From an uncultured Verrucomicrobiota bacterium (GTDB lineage: Bacteria; Verrucomicrobiota; Verrucomicrobiia; Palsa-1439; CAYGDP01), in the NCBI GenBank assembly GCA_964348665.1, contig CAYGDP010000002.1:110033-174032 (forward strand): DNA of 64,000 nucleotides, written 5' to 3'. Shown here one piece after another: positions 54,701 to 62,001 of this stretch. The notes below the pieces were generated by a model. That model was given only the letters and a program-made list of their open reading frames with translations. It did not search any database and was not told the origin of the DNA. The translations under genes and the position numbers were made by a program. Numbering within the stretch: the first letter of the stretch is position 1; the number at the start of each line of letters is the position of its first letter.

Positions 54701-55552
54701 GTGAAACTCTTGAGTGTATCCCGCGACATTGGCATTGAGATGCGCGACCTCGTGCGGCTAGAGAAGAAGCGGAGCCGATACCACGTGATTAAGCTCTATC
54801 GGCATGCACATTTGGGCAAGATTCTTTTCATGGACGGCCAAATCATGCACGTCGAAGCCTGGGCGCCTCTCTATCACGAACCGCTCGTGCATCTGCCAAT
54901 TGCATTTCAGAAAAGGCCAGTAAGCGTATTGATCCTTGGGGGTGGATCGTTTTTTGCCGCGCACGAAGTTCTGAAATACAAATCTATCAAACGAGTCTTG
55001 ATGGTAGAACATGATGATGCAGTCATGGAACTGACTCGCAAATACTATTCGCACGCAAGAAAATGCTTGGCCGATCCTCGACTGGAGGTGCGTTGCTGCG
55101 ATGCTTATCGGTTTGAAATGACTTCGACTGAAAAATTTGATCTGGTTGTAAACGATGGAGTCGATCTTCTTTCGCTTGTCGGACATAAGGCTATATCATC
55201 GCCCTTTGAGAGGATGGCAGACTTGCTCACACCGACAGGAATCTGTTCGGATGTTATCGATAGGCATTTATTTGAGCGCTCATGGATAGCGAAGACGATT
55301 AAAGAAGTTACCAGTCGGCACCGAGTTTCCGTTTCCATTCTACCTATTCCCGAATACCCAGGAACTTTGCATGCTTTGGTTCTTTGGGGCCGCGACAAAC
55401 AACTTAGTCAGGAGCTCAAGCGTCCTGTTAACCTCGAACAGCGGAAATGGATCGATTCTCCCCAATCAAACCCATGTTCGTATTACGATCCTCGCCAATT
55501 GTCGCATTATTTATTTTTACCGCCTTACGCGCAACGTTTGCTGGCGCGATGA
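54701..55552 (+). CDS. spermidine-synthase (PABS)-like protein with a degenerate signature
   Basis: 'ILFMDGQIMHVEAWAPLYHEPLVHLP' and 'VLILGGGSFFAAHEVLKY' parallel PABS '...YHE...HLP' and 'VLIIGGGDGGVLREVL', but the conserved GGGDGG aspartate is replaced. Confidence 0.55.
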   Translation: MKLLSVSRDIGIEMRDLVRLEKKRSRYHVIKLYRHAHLGKILFMDGQIMHVEAWAPLYHEPLVHLPIAFQKRPVSVLILGGGSFFAAHEVLKYKSIKRVLMVEHDDAVMELTRKYYSHARKCLADPRLEVRCCDAYRFEMTSTEKFDLVVNDGVDLLSLVGHKAISSPFERMADLLTPTGICSDVIDRHLFERSWIAKTIKEVTSRHRVSVSILPIPEYPGTLHALVLWGRDKQLSQELKRPVNLEQRKWIDSPQSNPCSYYDPRQLSHYLFLPPYAQRLLAR

Positions 55553-55621
55553 AGGCGGACAATGTCTCCCTCCAAACTGTTTGTAGGCAATCCATATTAA
55601 AATGGCACACTACGATTTCGC

Positions 55622-55792
55622 ATGGCAAAACCTTCCCTCTCCAAAATTTTCCAAGAATTGCGCGATCTCCTCCGCGAGATCCAAGACCACCTGCAACAAG
55701 CCCAGAGCGCGTTTGGCGACATTGACGCCAAGTTGGATTATTTCATCAAGAACCTGCATCGCTATCCCGTGAATCATATTTCCCATGAATAA
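55622..55792 (+). CDS. small coiled-coil protein (56 aa), below the ORF-track cutoff
   Basis: Hand translation 'MAKPSLSKIFQELRDLLREIQDHLQQAQSAFGDIDAKLDYFIKNLHRYPVNHISHE'. Followed by the CTGACTT/AAGTCAG hairpin. Confidence 0.3.
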   Translation: MAKPSLSKIFQELRDLLREIQDHLQQAQSAFGDIDAKLDYFIKNLHRYPVNHISHE

Positions 55793-55981
55793 TTTGAAGC
55801 AAGCCTAGAGCCTGACTTTTTCAAGTCAGCCGCTCTCTTGTTTCGCCTTTTCACGTTCTCACGTGAAAAGAACCTAGAAATGTCCAGCCAACCCACGGAA
55901 TCACCTGGGTTGTGTAGCTGGGCGTTTAACCACGATCGTTTTGCATTTGTGCAGAGCGATCGCAATCGAAAGGAGAAAACC

Positions 55982-56344
55982 ATGAACGTATGTACTCTCT
56001 CCGGGAAACTCGTGGATAATGCCGTGGTCAATGGAGCAGAATTCAAAGCTCTGTTTTTCACGGTGCTCACGAAGTACGGATACAACACAACGGAGAAGAA
56101 GGATCGCGTGGCGTATGTACCCTGCGTCATGTGGAATCCAAACCAGGAGATTGAAAAACTCCTCGTCGAAAACGGCAAAGGCCTATGGATCGAAGTCGAA
56201 GGTAGGGTCGCTCGTTCCAGTTATGAAGAGAACGGTCAGCGTAAATTCAACACTGAAGTCGTTGTGAAGAATCGGACGTTGAACGTGCTCAAGAGAAACG
56301 GAACGGGACACGGTGAGTCTATCGAGAAAGGAGCATCGCAATGA
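55982..56344 (+). CDS. SSB-like OB-fold protein 1
   Basis: ATG at 55982 with RBS 'aaaggagaaaac'. 'MNVCTLSGKLV...LWIEVEGRVARSSYEENGQRKFNTEVVVKN' parallels SSB 'IEGRL..R.W.D..G.KR..TEIVV'. No acidic C-terminal tail. Confidence 0.6.
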   Translation: MNVCTLSGKLVDNAVVNGAEFKALFFTVLTKYGYNTTEKKDRVAYVPCVMWNPNQEIEKLLVENGKGLWIEVEGRVARSSYEENGQRKFNTEVVVKNRTLNVLKRNGTGHGESIEKGASQ

Positions 56345-56694
56345 ACGTGTGTATCCTTTCTGGATGGCTCATGAACAACGCCCTCGCTCCAAAAACAGAA
56401 TCCCATGCCTTGTTTTTTACCTTGGTCACAAAATTCGGGTATGACAAGGCGGCTAGGAGGAATCTGATTACTGGTGTGCGGTGCGTGATGTTCGATCCGT
56501 CGCCTGAGATCGAGAAACTGCTGGTTGAGAAGGGAAAGAAGCTGGCAGTGGAAACAGAGGGTTACGTTCGCTTTTGGCGCTACAATGCCAAGGGCGGGTG
56601 TAAACTCGAAGCGGAAGTTGTCGTCAAAAACGACAGCTTTACGGTGTGGAGGCGGTTTCAAGGTCGAGCTTCCCAGAAAGGAGGCTCGCCATGA
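56341..56694 (+). CDS. SSB-like OB-fold protein 2 (paralog of the upstream gene)
   Basis: Start overlaps the upstream stop (ATGA). 'MNVCILSGWLM...LAVETEGYVRFWRYNAKGGCKLEAEVVVKN'. Confidence 0.6.
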   Translation: MNVCILSGWLMNNALAPKTESHALFFTLVTKFGYDKAARRNLITGVRCVMFDPSPEIEKLLVEKGKKLAVETEGYVRFWRYNAKGGCKLEAEVVVKNDSFTVWRRFQGRASQKGGSP

Positions 56695-57152
56695 ATGCGC
56701 TAGCGCAGCCCAAGGAATACAAAGTAGTTGCCTTGCGGGAATGCCCAACACCGATGGAACTGCAATCGTGCGATTGCCCTAGCAAAGCAGCCGAGTATTG
56801 GAATCGGAACGTCATCACGGCGTCTTATTTCAATCCCGACTGCGAGTGCTTTGTAGTGGTGATGCTCAATACCAAGAACCGCGTCAAAGGCCATTATTTG
56901 GTTTCATTTGGCACAGTTAACGCGAGCTTGGTACACGCTCGGGAAGTATTTCGAGCGGCCATCATTGCAGGTTCGACGAGCGTCTTGCTGATGCACAATC
57001 ACCCCAGCGGTGATCCGACACCTTCAAGCGAGGATGTCCGCATCACCAAGCAACTGGTTCAAGCAGGCAAGATTCTCGGCATTGAAGTCATGGACCACGT
57101 GATTGTCGGTTATGACAAGCACGTTTCACTTAAGGAGTTGGGACTGTTGTAA
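56691..57152 (+). CDS. RadC-like JAB-domain (DUF2466) protein
   Basis: RBS 'aaaggagg'. 'LLMHNHPSGDPTPSSEDVRITKQL...GIEVMDHVIV' is the JAMM/RadC signature. Confidence 0.85.
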   Translation: MNALAQPKEYKVVALRECPTPMELQSCDCPSKAAEYWNRNVITASYFNPDCECFVVVMLNTKNRVKGHYLVSFGTVNASLVHAREVFRAAIIAGSTSVLLMHNHPSGDPTPSSEDVRITKQLVQAGKILGIEVMDHVIVGYDKHVSLKELGLL

Positions 57153-57171
57153 GGCAAAAAACCGTAAGAAA

Positions 57172-57203
57172 CGCTGCTCTCTTAGCGGAGAGCGGCTTTT
57201 TTT
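57172..57203 (+). terminator. rho-independent terminator after the RadC-like gene
   Basis: GC-rich hairpin 'gctgctct...agagcggc' followed by TTTTTTT. Confidence 0.5.
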
Positions 57204-57232
57204 GTTTAACCCAAAAAAGAAAGGAGAACTAT

Positions 57233-57736
57233 ATGGGAGCTGATCTTTACATTGTGGAGATTAGCCTGCCAATCCAAGAGTGGTATGAGCCGCTCTTTGA
57301 TAAGGCGGTAAGGCAAAGAAATCTCTGGCCGAAAGGTTCAGAGAGGGAGCAGAAAGCGCACAAGGACGTGGTGAGATATTACAACCTGATGCACGCAGCG
57401 GGATATTTCAGCGATCCTTATGACGCGAGCAGTTTGCTCAAACATCTCGGACTCTCTTGGTGGTCGGACGTCCTGCCCCTGTGCGACCAAGACCGTCGTC
57501 TTGAAGACGAAAGCTTGAGGAAGTTCCGCGCAATGGTAGGGCGCAATCCCGTGCAGTATCCGACCGAGGAAGAGTTCAAGAAAGAACTGGTAGCTCTGGA
57601 AGACGGCAGGAAAAGTCTGGATGCATGGTGCAGATACTTCGCAGCGAAGCACATGACGCTGATGTTGTTTCTGGACCAGGCACTTTTGCTGGATGCCGCC
57701 GTGCATTGCTCCTTTGGAATTCCTGACGGAAGATAG
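57233..57736 (+). CDS. hypothetical protein, 'MGADLYI' family paralog A
   Basis: RBS 'aaaggaga'. 167 aa. Shares 'MGADLYI..L.....YKPLF(D/E)KAV.QR...P.......K.......Y..L....GYF.D.Y...LLK.LGLSWW..V.PL' with the gene at 58514. Confidence 0.55.
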   Translation: MGADLYIVEISLPIQEWYEPLFDKAVRQRNLWPKGSEREQKAHKDVVRYYNLMHAAGYFSDPYDASSLLKHLGLSWWSDVLPLCDQDRRLEDESLRKFRAMVGRNPVQYPTEEEFKKELVALEDGRKSLDAWCRYFAAKHMTLMLFLDQALLLDAAVHCSFGIPDGR

Positions 57737-57850
57737 GGCAACGCTGGGAAGCGACCTGAGCGCCGGCAGGACTGTCACGCCAATGCGGCAAGACAACCTG
57801 CTCCTCGTCTTTCACGGCGGGGAGCAGGTCTGTTTTTCCGTCGCTGGCAT

Positions 57851-57936
57851 CGGAATAAACCCCGGAATTAACCCGGAATAAAGCCAGAATAAACCCGGAA
57901 TTAAGTTTATTCCGGTCTATTCCGAGGAATAAATCC
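57851..57936. repeat. iteron-like array of eight GGAATWAA units (six direct, two inverted) at 10-11 bp phasing
   Basis: 'cGGAATAAAccccGGAATTAAcccGGAATAAAgccaGAATAAAcccGGAATTAAgTTTATTCCggtctATTCCgaGGAATAAAtcc'. Confidence 0.55.
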
Positions 57937-58038
57937 TTCTGTTTGGCACCGCGCTTCCTTACGGGGATGCGACTGCTGGGCAGAATCGCTCGGTATCAGC
58001 CGCGGATCGCAGCGGCAATTCAAGAAGGAGAAACAACC

Positions 58039-58443
58039 ATGAATACAGTAGAGAAGTTGCAGTGTACCCAAGACCCGCTCTCGGTCTATGAAGAAACCGC
58101 GAGAGCTTATGCGGATTGTACAATCGGCGGAAAGGAAGGGGGAAAGTTGCGGAATCTGAATTTCCGCGCTTCCGCTCCTTTGCGCCTGCTCGAATGGATG
58201 GAGTGCATGAAACGCGCTACTCCTGAAGGATACAACCAGTTCAACGCCGTACGAGTCGGACGGGTTCTGGCGCAACTCGGCGTTAGTCTGGATGCGGTGT
58301 TCATTCCCGCTCGGGAGTACAGCGTTTGCGTTTATGTACGGGCCGATGGATGGCTCTTGCAACATATCCTCAACAACGCTGCCGCTCTGCAGGCCGATGA
58401 AGCCGATATCGTGGACGGCGAGTTGCGTTTGTGGTGGGATTAA
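58039..58443 (+). CDS. hypothetical protein
   Basis: ATG at 58039 with RBS 'aaggag'. 134 aa, no motif. Confidence 0.45.
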   Translation: MNTVEKLQCTQDPLSVYEETARAYADCTIGGKEGGKLRNLNFRASAPLRLLEWMECMKRATPEGYNQFNAVRVGRVLAQLGVSLDAVFIPAREYSVCVYVRADGWLLQHILNNAAALQADEADIVDGELRLWWD

Positions 58444-58513
58444 ATGGAGGGTCGCGCAATGCGGCCTCCTCCCACTTTTAATCATCAACAATCGAAAGAA
58501 AGGAGACGTGTGT

Positions 58514-59002
58514 ATGGGTGCAGACCTCTATATCCATCAGCTCTACGATCCGACGAAAGAAAGGTATAAGCCGCTTTTTGAAAAAGCGGTAATGCAGAGG
58601 GATTCATTTCCACGAGATTCGAAGGAATGGAAAGTGGCCCAACGGAAAGTCTGGAAGTACTTCGACCTGATGAATTCCAAGGGCTACTTCCGCGATTCGT
58701 ATAGCACGGCAAACGTGCTTCGGACGCTGGGTTTATCGTGGTGGCGAAATGTGATCCCCCTGCTTAACAAAAAGAACGAACTGGAAGGCAAGAACCTGAA
58801 AAAGTTCCGCAAGATGGTAGCCAATGCAAAACAACGTCTGCCAACGAAAGCGGAGCTTCAGAAAGATGGAGCGCGTGGAAAACGATCGGGAGCAAACCGT
58901 TTGAAGATGTGGCGCAAGTATTACATCAGGAAACGAGCGCGACTCATCGCGTTTCTCGACGAGGCGATCAAACGGAATCACTCGATCCACTGCTCGCTCT
59001 GA
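58514..59002 (+). CDS. hypothetical protein, 'MGADLYI' family paralog B
   Basis: ATG at 58514 with RBS 'aaaggagacg'. Colinear with paralog A over the first 100 aa or so. Basic C-terminal tail. Confidence 0.55.
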   Translation: MGADLYIHQLYDPTKERYKPLFEKAVMQRDSFPRDSKEWKVAQRKVWKYFDLMNSKGYFRDSYSTANVLRTLGLSWWRNVIPLLNKKNELEGKNLKKFRKMVANAKQRLPTKAELQKDGARGKRSGANRLKMWRKYYIRKRARLIAFLDEAIKRNHSIHCSL

Positions 59003-59125
59003 CTGAAAAAACTGGCGTGCGGCTTCGCTTACACGCGCGGCCGCATGACAGAACAGAAACGGGTTTTGTGGAATCCCCCGCAAACCCGAAAAAACCAACA
59101 AACCCCAAAAGAAAGGAACATCAAC

Positions 59126-60202
59126 ATGAAGAATGAAAGTATCACGTTGTATTACCGTGAAGGTTCATCGGACAAAGTTTATCAAGCGGCCATTGAAGAA
59201 AAGAACGGCGGGTTCGTCGTTAACTTCGCCTTTGGCCGTCGGGGCAGCACGTTACAGACGGGGACGAAAACAGCATCACCTGTAAGCTTCGAGGAAGCAA
59301 AGCGGGTCTATGACAAACTGGTAGCTTCCAAGGTCGGAAAGGGTTACACACCGGGCGCAGACGGGACTCCTTACGCGCAAACCGAAGAAGCAGGACGCGT
59401 AAGCGGGTTTCTGCCGCAGTTGTGTAATCCAGTCAGAGAGGACGAGGTTGCGTGCATCCTCCCTGACAAAAGCTATTGGATGGAAGAAAAGTTCGACGGA
59501 AAGCGCATGTTGCTTCGCAAAGAAGGACAGAACGTTGTCGGCATCAATCGGAAGGGTCTGGTTGTTGCATTGCCGCAGCCGTTGATTATGGCAGCGCAAA
59601 AGTATGACGAGAGCTTCCTGCTCGATGGCGAATGCGTCGGAGAGACGCTTCACGTCTTCGACTTGCTCCTCCTGAACGGCGAGAAAATGGTAGGTCTCGC
59701 GATGTGTGAACGGCGACACACATTGGAGGAGCTGCTGCAGATTGACGATCCGCACTTGTTGCTCGTTGAGACAGAGAAATCGGTGGCGGGAAAGGCTGAG
59801 AAGTTTACCTACTTCAAAGCCATGCGAAAAGAAGGCGTCGTGTTCAAGCGATACAACGCCCCTTACGCTCCAGGACGGCCTGCCAATGGTAGCGGATGGT
59901 TCAAGCACAAATTCGTCACAAGTGGATCGTTCATAGTGAGCCGTGTGAACGCCGATCGCCGCAGCGTCGGTCTTGAAGTATTCGAGGAGAGAAAACGCAT
60001 CGGAGTCGGCAATGTCACGATACCCGTTAACGCCGAAGTGCCAATAGTAGGCGACATCATCGAGGTACGTTACCTCTACGCCTATCGTGGTGGGAGTCTG
60101 TTTCAACCCGTGTATCTGGGACCGCGAGATGATCTCTCGTTGCTCGATTGCACGGTGCGAGAGTTGAAGTATCGCGCAGAAGATAGTGAAGAAGAGGCAT
60201 AA
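59126..60202 (+). CDS. WGR-domain / ATP-dependent DNA ligase fusion protein
   Basis: ATG at 59126 with RBS 'aaaggaa'. N-terminal WGR-like domain ('ITLYYREGSSDKVYQA...FAFGRRGSTLQTG...EEAKRVYDKLVASKVGKGY'). Ligase motifs: I 'EEKFDGKR', III 'LLDGE', IV 'EGVVFKR', V 'GWFKHKF', VI 'PVYLGPRDD'. Confidence 0.85.
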   Translation: MKNESITLYYREGSSDKVYQAAIEEKNGGFVVNFAFGRRGSTLQTGTKTASPVSFEEAKRVYDKLVASKVGKGYTPGADGTPYAQTEEAGRVSGFLPQLCNPVREDEVACILPDKSYWMEEKFDGKRMLLRKEGQNVVGINRKGLVVALPQPLIMAAQKYDESFLLDGECVGETLHVFDLLLLNGEKMVGLAMCERRHTLEELLQIDDPHLLLVETEKSVAGKAEKFTYFKAMRKEGVVFKRYNAPYAPGRPANGSGWFKHKFVTSGSFIVSRVNADRRSVGLEVFEERKRIGVGNVTIPVNAEVPIVGDIIEVRYLYAYRGGSLFQPVYLGPRDDLSLLDCTVRELKYRAEDSEEEA

Positions 60203-60301
60203 GCCTTTTTCTTCTGGGATTAGGTCGAGACGCCGTGCCCTGCGGCGTCCGATCTACTTCTCATCTAAAAAATCAGAAATCCAAAACAGAAAGGAAAATG
60301 T

Positions 60302-60697
60302 ATGTGCATCAATTGGAAAATAATTCACAAGTACACTCGTGCTGATGCAATCAGAGACGGAGTGCTTGTGGACTTGCGACAGGGAGAGTTGGCAGAGGTC
60401 GTTGAGAATGCCGGGATCAAAGTTCCAGTGGCAATGACGCGTACTGCATTCGAGCGTTATGTTTCACTAACGCAAGCAGCACAGGAAGCGGGCAACGACA
60501 TAAAGGGTCGGCTCTGGGACATCCTTTGGATGTATCGGTGCGCCGCGCAGAAGAATCCTCATGAAAGCGTGATGTGCTTTTCATTCTACTGCGTCGTGGA
60601 TCAGCCTAAGCCGAAAAAGTGCGAGATCAAGGTAATAGTCGGTCCAGGAGACGATCCTGCGCCCGTATTGACGTTCCTGCTACCCAAAGAAGATTGA
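60302..60697 (+). CDS. hypothetical protein
   Basis: 131 aa, in the same operon between the ligase and ArdC-like genes. Confidence 0.4.
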   Translation: MCINWKIIHKYTRADAIRDGVLVDLRQGELAEVVENAGIKVPVAMTRTAFERYVSLTQAAQEAGNDIKGRLWDILWMYRCAAQKNPHESVMCFSFYCVVDQPKPKKCEIKVIVGPGDDPAPVLTFLLPKED

Positions 60698-60777
60698 GCG
60701 CTAGGCGGCTTAGCTTTCATGCAAGGCCCGGCGGTCATTCAAAATTCAGAAAAAAATCAAACCGAAAGGAAAATACC

Positions 60778-61668
60778 ATGAACAAAGTGTATGAAATTGT
60801 CACGCAACGTATCATCAATGCGTTGGAACAAGGAGAAATCCCGTGGCGACCGCGATTCAGCGTTGACAAAGGCTTGCCACGCAACGCCGTCTCGAAAAAG
60901 CCCTATCGGGGCGTTAATCTCCTGTTGCTCTGGCTTGCTAGATATCAGGACAATCGCTTCCTGACGTTTAAGCAAGCAAAGGAAATGGGCGGGGAAGTAA
61001 AGAAGGGAGAGCACGGTTGGCCGGTAATCTTTTGGAAACTCCAAGAGATAGACGAAACCATCCCAAGCACGGGAGAGTTAAAGCAAGTTCCTGTGTTGAG
61101 ATACTACACCGTGTTCAATGTATCGCAGTGCAGTGGATTGGGCTTGCCAAAGATTATTGAGGTGAGTGAGTTCACGCCTATTGAAATGGGCGAGCGCATT
61201 CTCCTCGGCTATCCCAATCCGCCCTGCGTCTTCTATGGAAAAGGCTGCGGTTGTTATCGGCCGTCCGATGACATTGTGGAGATGCCGCGCCCTGAAACGT
61301 TCCAGAAAAATGAGCACTACTACTCCGTGCTTTTCCACGAGCTAGTGCATAGCACAGGACACGCGAAGCGGCTAAATCGCGAGGAAATAGCCACGCCAAA
61401 GAAATTCGGCAGCGAGCCGTACTCACGCGAGGAACTCGTCGCCGAACTTGGTTCTGCGTTTCTCTGTGCGGAGTGCGGAATCGAGCAAGACACGTTGGAG
61501 GATCATGCCGCCTACATTCAAGGTTGGCTCAAGCGACTCAAAGATGATTCGCGTTTGATCGTGTTGGCTGCTGCCGCTGCACAGCGCGCCGCTGATCACA
61601 TTCTTGCGCGGACCTTTGAGTCAGTGGAAAGCTCCGCTGAAACTGCCGCGCCAATGCTCGTATCGTAA
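60778..61668 (+). CDS. ardC: ArdC-like antirestriction protein (N-terminal ssDNA-binding DUF1738-like + C-terminal zincin metallopeptidase)
   Basis: ATG at 60778 with RBS 'aaaggaaaa'. 'IPWRPRFS...PYRGVNLLLLW' N-domain and HExxH 'FHELVHSTGH' C-domain. Confidence 0.8.
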   Translation: MNKVYEIVTQRIINALEQGEIPWRPRFSVDKGLPRNAVSKKPYRGVNLLLLWLARYQDNRFLTFKQAKEMGGEVKKGEHGWPVIFWKLQEIDETIPSTGELKQVPVLRYYTVFNVSQCSGLGLPKIIEVSEFTPIEMGERILLGYPNPPCVFYGKGCGCYRPSDDIVEMPRPETFQKNEHYYSVLFHELVHSTGHAKRLNREEIATPKKFGSEPYSREELVAELGSAFLCAECGIEQDTLEDHAAYIQGWLKRLKDDSRLIVLAAAAAQRAADHILARTFESVESSAETAAPMLVS

Positions 61669-61676
61669 AGGCCGAA

Positions 61677-61717
61677 ACGCCGCACTAAATCTGCGGCGTC
61701 CTAGCGTCACGCGCTAG
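61677..61717. terminator. two consecutive hairpins between convergent genes
   Basis: ACGCCGCA-ctaaatc-TGCGGCGT (61677-61699) and CTAGCG-tcacg-CGCTAG (61701-61717). Confidence 0.4.
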
Positions 61718-61777
61718 CTGATGAGGTCGATACCGTACCGTGACTATCTTAACAGGCAGTGCTTGTGACGCACGCCA

Positions 61778-61984
61778 TTATCGTTTGCCATTTTTCCGGT
61801 GTGCAATTGAGTTTCGTTGTTTTGTGTCATAGACCGAAGAGTTGATGTCGTAAACCCATCGGGGCCATGTTTCGACTTCGTGCTGCACGCGCATGAGTTG
61901 ACGATGCAGGCTGCCTTTTTCTAGCCGAACCATCTGTCTCCCATCTTTGCCAGTCTGAACACTATTGTATTCTCGCATTGACAT
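61778..61984 (-). CDS. small hypothetical protein, downstream partner of the deaminase gene
   Basis: 68-aa ORF 17 nt after the deaminase stop. Confidence 0.3.
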   Translation of the reverse strand: MSMREYNSVQTGKDGRQMVRLEKGSLHRQLMRVQHEVETWPRWVYDINSSVYDTKQRNSIAHRKNGKR

Positions 61985-62001
61985 ATGTCATCACCTCCTT
62001 T

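Noticed and set aside
55447-55725. 92-aa ORF in the track overlapping the end of the PABS-like gene
   Set aside because: Odd composition and overlap. A better small ORF (55622-55792) exists in another frame.
60229-60249. Hairpin GACGCCG-tgccctg-CGGCGTC after the ligase gene as a terminator
   Set aside because: No downstream T-tract and the next gene is co-directional with a short gap. Could be any stem-loop, so not annotated.
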